A DNA stretch of 63,580 nucleotides, counting the filler. It is 6 parts of 6 records of this genome, joined end to end, with 100 filler letters (N's around TTAATTAATTAA, not from the genome) between each part and the next. Parts side by side here need not be neighbours in the genome. Positions count along the whole stretch, not along the records: positions 39,815 to 46,300 come from SRR2962707_1363; positions 46,401 to 53,727 come from SRR2962707_1366; 4 more parts are not named here. One strand, written 5' to 3'. The position numbers and the translations under genes were made by a program. Numbering within the stretch: position 1 is the first letter of the stretch; each line of letters starts with the position of its first letter. The notes beneath the pieces are model-generated. The model was not told where the DNA came from and did no database searches. It was given only the letters and a program-made list of their open reading frames with translations. Shown in pieces: positions 41,164 through 49,583 of this stretch.

Positions 41164-42201
41164 GTCAGAAAGGACGCGGTAAAGCCGGGGCCCAGCGCGC
41201 AGGCCATCATCGGCCCCGTGCTGCCAACGTCCAACACCGATTTCATCACAAAAAGAACCGTTGGCGCCGACATGTTTCCAGCGTGGCGCAGCGTTTCGCG
41301 TTCTGCATCCAAACTACCCTGTTGCAGGTGCAAGGCACCTTCGATCGCCTCGAACACTTTGGCACCGCCGGGATGGCAGGCGAATCGATCGATCTGACCA
41401 GGATTTAGGTTGGTGGCTTCAAACGCGCCTTTTGTGGCGGCCTCGAACTCTTCGTTCACAAAGCCGGTGATGGCCCGGTCGGAAACCACGCCAAAGCCGA
41501 TTTCATCCACGTCCCAGCCCATGATGTTCAGCGAGTCGGGCCCTATCTTTTGATGGCCGACACCCAGTTTGACCATGGATTTGCGAACCGGGGTCTGGCT
41601 GCTAAGGCACGCAGCGGCAGATCCGTCACCAAACAGAACTGTCGCGATAATGTCCGCCTTTTGCAGCCTGTCAGAACGGAACGACAGCAAACACGCCTAG
41701 ACCACCACCAGCAGGATCTTGGCCCCGGGGCGCCCAGACGCCAAGGCCTGTGCGACGGAGAGGCCCGACACACCGCCGGCACAACCAAAGCCGAACAGCG
41801 GTACGCGCATGATGTCCTGGCAAAAACCCAAAGATTTGAAGGCCAATGCCTCGAGCGACGGGGTTGCGATACCTGTCGATGCTACGCTGACAACGCAATC
41901 CACATCCTTAGCGGCCCATCCGGCATCGTCCAGCGCCCGGGGTGGTGGCATCAACGAACATCGCCGTTGCGCCGGTCAGAAAGGCGGCATTGCGATCTTT
42001 CCAGCCGTGCGGCTGCGAAAACCAATCAATTGGAACCACGGAAAAGCGCTGATCGATCCCGGCGGCGCCAAAGGATCGTGCAAGGCGGTCGAACTGCGGG
42101 TAAGTGCCACCAAACAGAGACGCAGCCCGGGCACGAATGTCGTCTTGTGTCATGCGATATTCGGGCAGCGCCGTCGACAGACCGTGCAGATAAACATCCA
42201 T
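41164..42201 (-). pseudogene. Type III polyketide synthase pseudogene
   Basis: Catalytic motifs GFGCAGG, HPGG and GNMS plus FGDG and GPGF are present. A +1 frameshift lies in the G4 run at 41939-41942, an in-frame TAG is at 41697-41699 (expected Glu), and the C-terminus runs into the methyltransferase. Confidence 0.9.
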
Positions 42202-42443
42202 TTGTCATTCTTTCACTTATAAAGCGGCCGCTTTCGCGCAGTTCCGACAAACTACATAATTCACCGTTCGCCGTTCATCGTTCTCAGCACAGCGTGGCGA
42301 AACTGGTTCCCATAGATCAGGCGGGGGCAAAAGGTTTCGATGTGCAGTCAAACCGATCAGATCAGTACCCGATTATTTTAATCAGAATTGACAAAGTTGT
42401 AACTACGGGGCATGAAAGTCTAGCAAACTGTGCCGAGGGCCCA

Positions 42444-42905
42444 ATGAAACACGCATTCTTTTCCCAGTCCGATGCCCGCCCCCTGGCCATGCACGATCTG
42501 CGTCTGGCCGAGGTGCGCCTTGTTGCGATGCTGCGGCTTTGGCACGAAGGCGCGGCCGGTCAGGAACAAGTCTGGAACGGGCTTTGCGCCGTGCTGGGAT
42601 CAAATCGTGCACGCAATTGCCTGTTGGCCTTTGAAGAGGTGCTGCGTCTGTTGCGCCGTCACGGCTGGCGCGCACTGACGGTATTGCCGTCCGAGGTCAA
42701 CCGGCTGTCCGAGGATGAGGCCGGTTTTGCCCGGTTCGTGCTGACGGCCACGGAGCAAGACCGGGACACGGCAACAATGGATGCGAGTTTTCTGGTGTCC
42801 CCCGCCGGAATTCTGCCACTGATCCTGGCGGCATCGCGATTGGGCCTGCCACTGTTGTGCGAAGAAAGCCGCTGCCGCCTGCACGAAGCGATGCGCCCGG
42901 TCTGA
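42444..42905 (+). CDS. Hypothetical protein (153 aa)
   Basis: ATG 42444 after GAGGG; coding-like codon usage; LRLW...VWN...G.R...DEAGFARFV pattern resembles a recalled roseobacter hypothetical family. Confidence 0.7.
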   Translation: MKHAFFSQSDARPLAMHDLRLAEVRLVAMLRLWHEGAAGQEQVWNGLCAVLGSNRARNCLLAFEEVLRLLRRHGWRALTVLPSEVNRLSEDEAGFARFVLTATEQDRDTATMDASFLVSPAGILPLILAASRLGLPLLCEESRCRLHEAMRPV

Positions 42906-43165
42906 ACCCGCCTTGCCCTGTTACCGGGACACCTGTTTTGGAGTGTAGCCTCCTGTCGGCATAGTCTGCTTTGCGGCTGGGCTGCAAGAATAAGTAGCCG
43001 CTATCTGGGCAGCTTTGGATAGGAACATGCCGTTCCGAACCGGGGCTGAACGGGCCAAAATCGTTACAATTCTATAGAATATCCTTGACCCCCTGCACAC
43101 TTTTTAGTTGCGTGAAATTTGTTTGCTTCGCATTCTGCCTGTATCTATAGGCGAAGGGATTGAAC

Positions 43166-46153
43166 GTGGCGCGTTTTTTAGCATGTATCGCATTTCTGCT
43201 GGGATCGGCCCAGGGCGTCATGGCGCAGGGGGAACCTGCCGAACTGCCGTTGCCGTCGGAATTGCCGCTGCTGGATTACGAAAGCGCGCTTTATCCCTTT
43301 ATTGCGAACCGTGATTATGTCGACCTGGGCTGGACCCCGGACAAAAGCTGGCGGGATACCGGACCTTTTGTTCTGGATACCTCTTATGGCGTCCACCCGG
43401 CCGTGCGGATCTATTATTCGCCCGAGGTGATCGGCTGGCTTGAGGGCGGGCGTCTGGGCGCGGTGCCGGATGGGTCTATCGTGGTCAAGGAAATGGTAAG
43501 TTCGCCCGCCGCCCGCTACAATGAATACCGTGAAATGCTGGAATACATGCACCCGGACGACCCCGCGCTGGTCGAGGCCGAGATGCTGGAATACCTGAAA
43601 AAAGACAACAACCTGAACTGGACCGTGATGGTCAAGGACAGCGCGATCAGCCACGGCGGCTGGTTTTTTGCGTCGGTCGCGCAGAACGCCGCGATCGACA
43701 GCTTCGATCCCCCCTTTAACCCGCCATCGGGTCAGGCGGGGGCGGGCACCTGTATGCGCTGCCATGCTTCGGCGGCAAATGAACTGATCTTTTCTGCGCT
43801 GTCGAATGTCGAAGGATACCCGGGCGAGCCGACGATCTTTAACGTCGACGAAAGCTGGCGCAAGCTCGACCACTTCCCGCCGGGGCCTTTCAACCTTCCT
43901 AAATGGCAACGTCCTGCGATGGGCGCATCAGAGGGGGATCTGATCGACGATCTGTTTCATGATCGCAGTTTGCTGGCAAAACTGAACGCTGCCGCGCCAG
44001 AGTCGCCCGAGGATGTGAACCCCGTCTTTGCCGAGATGTTTCCCCCGACCGGCGGCATCGATGTGACACCGGATCAGGTGCAAAAGATGCCGAGCGAGTG
44101 GCTGGACCATGTGCCGTCGCGCCCGAACGATCCGCAGCATTTCCTAAGCTCGGACAACTGCGTCGGCTGCCACGGGGGCCTTGGCGGGCCGCCCTCGGGA
44201 ACGACGATGTTCCTACAGGACGGGCCAAAGTACGGCGATGGCTACAACATTTCGGAATACGGTGAATGGCGATGGTCACCGATGGGGCTGGCCGGGCGCG
44301 ATCCGATCTTTTTCGCGCAGCTGGAAAGCGAATTTGCCCTGCTTGAGGAAGCCGGGAACGGCGATCTGGCGGCGAATGTCGGCACGACCTGCCTGTCCTG
44401 CCACGGCGCGATGGGCCAGCGGCAGCTGGAAATCGACGCCCACGCCAACCCCGACGCGGGGCTGGACCCCAATAACTTCAAGGTGGCCTATACCCTGCTG
44501 CATGACCCGCTGACCCTGGCCGAGCAGGAGGCGCAACAGGCCGATGGCACCTATCCCTATCACCAGTATGGCAACCTTGCCCGCGAGGGGATTTCCTGCG
44601 CCGTCTGTCACCATATCGCACCGCCAGAGCGGGCAGAGGGGCAACCAGAGTACAACACGCTCGACACCTACCTTATGAACGGGACAACCGGGGTTTTCCG
44701 TCTGAATGATGCGGACACGCTGATCGGGCCGTACGCGGATGTGCGCGAAAAGCCCATGCAAAACGCAATGGGCATCACGCCGATGCACGACGATTACATC
44801 AAGAACAGCGAGCTGTGCGGCGCCTGTCACACCATCAACCTGCCCAACGTGGATGCCGACCCGAACACGCCCCTGCCCGGCTACAACGCTGCCGATCAGG
44901 CGGTGTTCAATCAGGCGTCGGTCAACGGAGCAAATTTCCTTAACAGCCAGTATGGCGTGACCTTTCCCGAGCCGCTGACCAAGTTCCAGCATTCGGTCGA
45001 ACAGGCGACCTATATCGAATGGATGAACAGTTCCTATTCCGATGCGGCAACGGCCCAATCCTGTCAGGACTGTCACATGAAGGGCAATTTCGAAAGCGTC
45101 GATGGCAAGGTCAAGGTGGATGCTATCACCACGCAGATCGCCACGATCCAGGACAGCATGATGCCGGATGTCGCAAACCTTTTGCCCGCCGAGGACATCG
45201 ATGTGCCATTTCGAGAGGGATATAGGCGGCACAACTTCGTCGGGCTGAACGCCTATCTGGTCGAGATGATGCGCCAGTTCAACGATGAAACCGGGATGAG
45301 CATCACCGATCCCATGACCTATGCCGACAATGGTGCGCAGCTGTCCATAGACACGATGCAGTTGCAGGCTGAAAATGAAACGGCAGGCGTGACGATTGAT
45401 CTGAGAACGGGCGATAGCGGACTGGTCGCACAGGTCACGGTCGAAAACCGGACGGGGCACCGCCTGCCATCCGGTGTCGGATTCCGCCGCGCGTTTCTTG
45501 AGGTAAAGGTCATTGGCGCGGACAAGAAGACGCTGTGGTGTTCGGGCTGTTCCAACGACGCGGGCGTGATTGTCGGCGCGGACGGCAAGCCGCTAACGAC
45601 CGAGTTTCTGGATGTGGTGCCCGAGGGTGCAACAGAGGCGTTGTATCAGCCGCACCACCGCGTGATCGACAGCCCCGATCAGGTGCAGATCTACGAAGAG
45701 CTGACCCAGAACGCACAGCGGGAATTCACCACCAGCTTTGTCCATCGGATTTATCACCCCAAGGACAACCGCCTGACCCCACACGGGGCGTTGCAGCCGG
45801 GAACGGATGCCTTCAAGGCCAAGTTCGGCGACAGTCAGGTGACAGCCGCCTTTATGAAAGCAACTTTGCCTGAGGGCCGCGCCGCGTCTGACCCGGATTT
45901 CATACCCGGGGGGGACCGTCTGGAATACCGCATCGCCCTGCCCGATGGCACCGATCCGGCGGCCGTTACAGTGACGGCGACGCTCTATTCCCAGGCGATT
46001 CCGCCCTATTACCTTAAGCAACGGTTCGAAACTGCGCCCACGGGACCGGCGACACAAAGGCTCTATTCCTTTGCCAGTCGGCTCAAGACCAAAGGCACGA
46101 TCATCGAGGGTTGGAAGCTGAAGACGGCGTCGGCAGAGGCCCGGTTGGAGTAA
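43166..46153 (+). CDS. Periplasmic cytochrome P460 domain fused to a pentahaem cytochrome c (6 CxxCH)
   Basis: Signal peptide; PDGSIVVKEM / VMVKDS / GGWFF / CMRCH (P460 fold); further CVGCH, CLSCH, CAVCH, CGACH and CQDCH; C-terminal NRTGHRLPSG domain. GTG 43166 follows AAGGGA (TTG 43160 is an alternative start). Confidence 0.88.
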   Translation: MARFLACIAFLLGSAQGVMAQGEPAELPLPSELPLLDYESALYPFIANRDYVDLGWTPDKSWRDTGPFVLDTSYGVHPAVRIYYSPEVIGWLEGGRLGAVPDGSIVVKEMVSSPAARYNEYREMLEYMHPDDPALVEAEMLEYLKKDNNLNWTVMVKDSAISHGGWFFASVAQNAAIDSFDPPFNPPSGQAGAGTCMRCHASAANELIFSALSNVEGYPGEPTIFNVDESWRKLDHFPPGPFNLPKWQRPAMGASEGDLIDDLFHDRSLLAKLNAAAPESPEDVNPVFAEMFPPTGGIDVTPDQVQKMPSEWLDHVPSRPNDPQHFLSSDNCVGCHGGLGGPPSGTTMFLQDGPKYGDGYNISEYGEWRWSPMGLAGRDPIFFAQLESEFALLEEAGNGDLAANVGTTCLSCHGAMGQRQLEIDAHANPDAGLDPNNFKVAYTLLHDPLTLAEQEAQQADGTYPYHQYGNLAREGISCAVCHHIAPPERAEGQPEYNTLDTYLMNGTTGVFRLNDADTLIGPYADVREKPMQNAMGITPMHDDYIKNSELCGACHTINLPNVDADPNTPLPGYNAADQAVFNQASVNGANFLNSQYGVTFPEPLTKFQHSVEQATYIEWMNSSYSDAATAQSCQDCHMKGNFESVDGKVKVDAITTQIATIQDSMMPDVANLLPAEDIDVPFREGYRRHNFVGLNAYLVEMMRQFNDETGMSITDPMTYADNGAQLSIDTMQLQAENETAGVTIDLRTGDSGLVAQVTVENRTGHRLPSGVGFRRAFLEVKVIGADKKTLWCSGCSNDAGVIVGADGKPLTTEFLDVVPEGATEALYQPHHRVIDSPDQVQIYEELTQNAQREFTTSFVHRIYHPKDNRLTPHGALQPGTDAFKAKFGDSQVTAAFMKATLPEGRAASDPDFIPGGDRLEYRIALPDGTDPAAVTVTATLYSQAIPPYYLKQRFETAPTGPATQRLYSFASRLKTKGTIIEGWKLKTASAEARLE

Positions 46154-46181
46154 CCCGATTTTTGCGACAGACCGAACCGAG

Positions 46182-46213
46182 GGGCAGCGCGCGACAACTG
46201 GTCGGCGCTGCCC
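46182..46213. terminator. GC-rich hairpin between the convergent cytochrome gene and tRNA
   Basis: GGGCAGCGC(G)CGAC-AACTG-GTCGGCGCTGCCC; no clear U tail. Confidence 0.45.
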
Positions 46214-46274
46214 GGCGGCGCAATGCGCCCTGATTCCGGATTGGACGTTACAGCGGCAGTTGAAATCGGGAAAT

Positions 46275-46300
46275 TGGTCGGAGTGAGAGGATTCGAACCT
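46275..46300 (-). tRNA. 3' end of a tRNA, probably tRNA-Pro (truncated by contig end, or an att duplicate)
   Basis: Reverse complement AGGTTCGAATCCTCTCACTCCGACCA has a T-loop, an acceptor strand ending CCG-A and CCA, typical of tRNA-Pro. Anticodon not visible. Confidence 0.8.
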
Positions 46301-46400
46301 NNNNNNNNNNNNNNNNNNNNNNNNNNNNNNNNNNNNNNNNNNNNTTAATTAATTAANNNNNNNNNNNNNNNNNNNNNNNNNNNNNNNNNNNNNNNNNNNN
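46301..46400. other. Artificial contig spacer
   Basis: N-run with TTAATTAATTAA. Confidence 0.99.
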
Positions 46401-46665
46401 CCAAATCAAGCAGGCGCTTGACCGCAACCGTATCGTTCCATTCCACCCGCACAATCGCGGTGGTGTCACTGGCGGCAAAGGCCTGAAGTTGCCCCAGAAC
46501 GCTGAAGTAGTCGTTGGGGCTATGCTCCATATCGATCAGCGCCCAGTCGTATCCGGTGGGGGCTGTGACTTCGGCCACAAAGTTGCTGCACAGGCTGATC
46601 CATAAACCGACTTGTTTGTCCCCGGCGGCAAGTGCGTGTGTGAAGGCGTTTGTTGCAAGCTTCAT
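46401..46665 (-). CDS. HpcH/HpaI aldolase family protein, N-terminal fragment
   Basis: GLW...AEV...GYDWALIDMEHSP...IVRVEWND...KRLLDL. Confidence 0.9.
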
Positions 46666-47873
46666 CAGATGATCGCCTTTTCGATGATCGGCCGTTTCTG
46701 CGGAATGCGCGCGTAGTTGTAGGGCGTCAGATCAAGGCTGCGATACGCGCCGTAGGTCAACCATTCCGCCGTCCCGCGCCCCATCGCGGGCGATTGCTGT
46801 AAGCCATGGCCGGAAAATCCGTTCAGAAAGATAAAATTGCTCACCTCGGAATGTGGCCCCATAATCGCGTTCTGATCAAAGGTGTTATACGCGTAATGCC
46901 CTGCCCATTCAGTGACGACCTTGATCGCTTCGAACTGAGGGATACGATTGGCAATAATCGGCCAAACGTGATTTTCCCAGCGTCCATGATCCATATGGAA
47001 ATCGTCGTAGTCAACGGCTGGATCAGGGTCCGCAGGACAGCCTGCAAGAAAGGTTTTGGGTCCATCCTGGCGAAAGTGAACGCCCGAGGGATCAATCGTC
47101 AGTGGTAGCTCACGATCCAATGGTTGCAGGGCGGAAAAGATCCAAGTGAAGCGTTTGCGCGGCTCGACCGGAATGTCCAAGCCTGCCATTTGCGCGGTAC
47201 GCGCGGCGCGCGGGCCAGATGCGTTCACGACTTGACCACAGGCAATCACTTCGCCCGACGCCAGCGTGACGCTTTCGACCAAAGTGCCCGCTTCATTCTT
47301 GGTAATTGCGACGACTTCATTTGACACATATTCAACGCCGCGATCCTTGGCTGAACGGCGCCACCAGTCAAAGACCGTGCCGCCATCCCAATAGCCTTCG
47401 TCTTTTAGGTTGATCGAACCGGCTACGATGTCATCTACCGCATAGAACGGATACCGCTCCTTTATCTCTTCTGGACCAAGCAATTGCGTTTCTGCGCCAG
47501 CCGCCAGTTGCACCTTTTGGTTTTCGCGAAGAACCTTCGCAAAGTCATCATTGTCGGCCAAATACATATAGCCGTAGTTTTGGATCACCTGAGCGGGCAC
47601 GCGTTCGTCGCCAATGCGTTCGGGAAGGTTTTTGACGAAATCCGCCGCAAACTGGCTGATTTGTACATTCAGTTTCGTCGAAAACTGTTGGCGCATGCAT
47701 GAATTTGTGTGGGCGGTTGAACTGTTTTGGTAGCTTGTGTCGCGTTCCACCACCAAGACACTACCATTGAAATCTGCATTGTCTGTCAAAAACCAAGCGG
47801 TCGAAGACCCCATGATCGCACCGCCGATGATGACAACATCGTAAGAGGTGTTTTGTGGTGCTTGGGTTTTCAT
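46665..47873 (-). CDS. FAD-dependent oxidoreductase (DAO/FOXRED1-like)
   Basis: IIGGAIMGSS, RQQFS, VVNASGP, WAGHY, NGFSGHGLQQSPAMG. Confidence 0.9.
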   Translation of the reverse strand: MKTQAPQNTSYDVVIIGGAIMGSSTAWFLTDNADFNGSVLVVERDTSYQNSSTAHTNSCMRQQFSTKLNVQISQFAADFVKNLPERIGDERVPAQVIQNYGYMYLADNDDFAKVLRENQKVQLAAGAETQLLGPEEIKERYPFYAVDDIVAGSINLKDEGYWDGGTVFDWWRRSAKDRGVEYVSNEVVAITKNEAGTLVESVTLASGEVIACGQVVNASGPRAARTAQMAGLDIPVEPRKRFTWIFSALQPLDRELPLTIDPSGVHFRQDGPKTFLAGCPADPDPAVDYDDFHMDHGRWENHVWPIIANRIPQFEAIKVVTEWAGHYAYNTFDQNAIMGPHSEVSNFIFLNGFSGHGLQQSPAMGRGTAEWLTYGAYRSLDLTPYNYARIPQKRPIIEKAII

Positions 47874-49579
47874 ATCATGTCTCCTCGGGCAACGGCAGCT
47901 TCGACATCGGCGATATCTGCGGCGGATAGGTTATAATCATTTGCTGCTGTTTCGGCCGAGATATAGCCGCGGGCCAGATCGCGTTTGACCAGATCCACCG
48001 ACCGTTCCGACGGATCGCCGTAGCCAGCACCACCGGGGAAGGCCATGACGACGCGGCGGCCGTGTGCGACGAACTGTTTACCCTTGCCGTTCATGGCGCT
48101 GCCGTCGTCTTGGCGGATCGTCGTGGGTGCACCGGCACCGCCGCCACGTCGCCCGCGTGCAGGGTGATCGACGCGGTCAAACATCGCTTGGATGTCGAAT
48201 TCATGCCCTTCCTGTGCGCCGACTTCCATGTATTGGCCCAAACCGCCGCGCGTCTTGCCTGCGCCACCAGAATCTGGCCGCAGCTCCTTGCGCCAGATGA
48301 TCACGGGGCCTGCGTGTTCTGTGGCCTCAATCGGCATGGTCATCACGCCTGACGGGAACGCGGTCGCGTTTAACCCGTCATGCGCGGGCCGCGCGCCAGA
48401 GCCACCGGAGTTGAACGTAAGCACTTCCGAGCGGCGCGCAGTCGCAGGTGCTGGCGCGTCTGTGCGCGGACGCAAAGACACCTGAAAGTTGCACAGACAC
48501 CCCGCGCCCTCGGCGGGCACCAAGCCCGGCACGATCTTGTCGAAGGCGTTGAACACGGCGTCTGGCACAAAATGCCCCACGATGTGGCGCAATGCGACAG
48601 GTGCGGGGTGCAAGGCGTTGACGATGGTGTTCTCGGGCGCTGTGATCTCGAACGGCGCGAGGGAGGCCGCATTGTTCGGGATTTCCGGCGCGATGGCCAC
48701 TTTCAACGCATAACAGGCATAGGCTTTGGCATAGACCAATGGGCAGTTGATGCCCTTCTTGTCGAGGCCGGAAGAACCCGTGAAATCGGAGATGATCTTG
48801 TCCCCCATAACCGTGACCTTAACCTTCAGTGTGATGGGGCGGTCAAACCCGTCCATTGTCATTTCACCGTCTGCCGATTGCTGCGGCAGGGCTGCGATAC
48901 GTTCGATGGTTGCGCGGCGCGAGTTGTCGAGTATGAAGGTGGCGATCCCATTGAGATCGACAAGATCAAATTCTTTCATCATGTCGATCAAACGGCGATG
49001 GCCAATCTCGTTACACGTCGCCAGCGCATAGACGTCGCCAATCAACTGGTCAGGTTCGCGGACATTGCCGCGAATGATACGGGTCAGGGTTTCATCCACG
49101 ACGCCTTTGTCAGCAAACTTCATGATCGGGATATAAAGGCCTTCTTCATAGACGCTGGCCGCATCCGCGCCAAAGCCACGCCCGCCGATGTCTACAATAT
49201 GCGCGGTACAGGCAAAGAACCCGACCAGCGCGCTCTTATGGAACGACGGCGTCACCATGGTGATGTCGTGCAGGTGGCCAGTGCCTTCCCAAGGATCGTT
49301 GGTGATGTAGATATCTCCGTCATGAATGTTCTCACGACCGATACGACGGATGAAATGCGCAACCGCGTCTGCCATTGCGTTGACGTGGCCCGGTGTGCCA
49401 GTGACCGCTTGCGCCAGCATCTGGCCTTGGACGTCATAAACGCCCGCGGACAAATCACCTGCTTCGCGCACGGATGTTGAAAACGCAGTGCGCACCAGCG
49501 CCTGTGCCTGTTCTTCGACGACCGAAATCAGGCGGTTCCACATGACTTGGTAAGCCACTTTCGAGTGTTCTTGTGTCAT
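47870..49579 (-). CDS. Hydantoinase B/oxoprolinase family subunit
   Basis: TAFSTSVRE, NDPWEGTGHLHD, HIVDIGG, YEEG, DSGGAG..RGG, PGGAGYG. Confidence 0.93.
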   Translation of the reverse strand: MTQEHSKVAYQVMWNRLISVVEEQAQALVRTAFSTSVREAGDLSAGVYDVQGQMLAQAVTGTPGHVNAMADAVAHFIRRIGRENIHDGDIYITNDPWEGTGHLHDITMVTPSFHKSALVGFFACTAHIVDIGGRGFGADAASVYEEGLYIPIMKFADKGVVDETLTRIIRGNVREPDQLIGDVYALATCNEIGHRRLIDMMKEFDLVDLNGIATFILDNSRRATIERIAALPQQSADGEMTMDGFDRPITLKVKVTVMGDKIISDFTGSSGLDKKGINCPLVYAKAYACYALKVAIAPEIPNNAASLAPFEITAPENTIVNALHPAPVALRHIVGHFVPDAVFNAFDKIVPGLVPAEGAGCLCNFQVSLRPRTDAPAPATARRSEVLTFNSGGSGARPAHDGLNATAFPSGVMTMPIEATEHAGPVIIWRKELRPDSGGAGKTRGGLGQYMEVGAQEGHEFDIQAMFDRVDHPARGRRGGGAGAPTTIRQDDGSAMNGKGKQFVAHGRRVVMAFPGGAGYGDPSERSVDLVKRDLARGYISAETAANDYNLSAADIADVEAAVARGDMI

Positions 49580-49583
49580 TGCC

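Noticed and set aside
41550-42443. Upstream part of the 451-aa plus-strand ORF
   Set aside because: Antisense to the PKS pseudogene; the RBS and coding character begin at 42444.
42950-43045. Possible degenerate cassette-type repeat upstream of the cytochrome gene
   Set aside because: Only a vague resemblance, with no second copy in the window to support it.
45536-45553. WCSGCS as a seventh haem site in the cytochrome
   Set aside because: No His follows CxxC; a disulfide or non-haem role is more likely.
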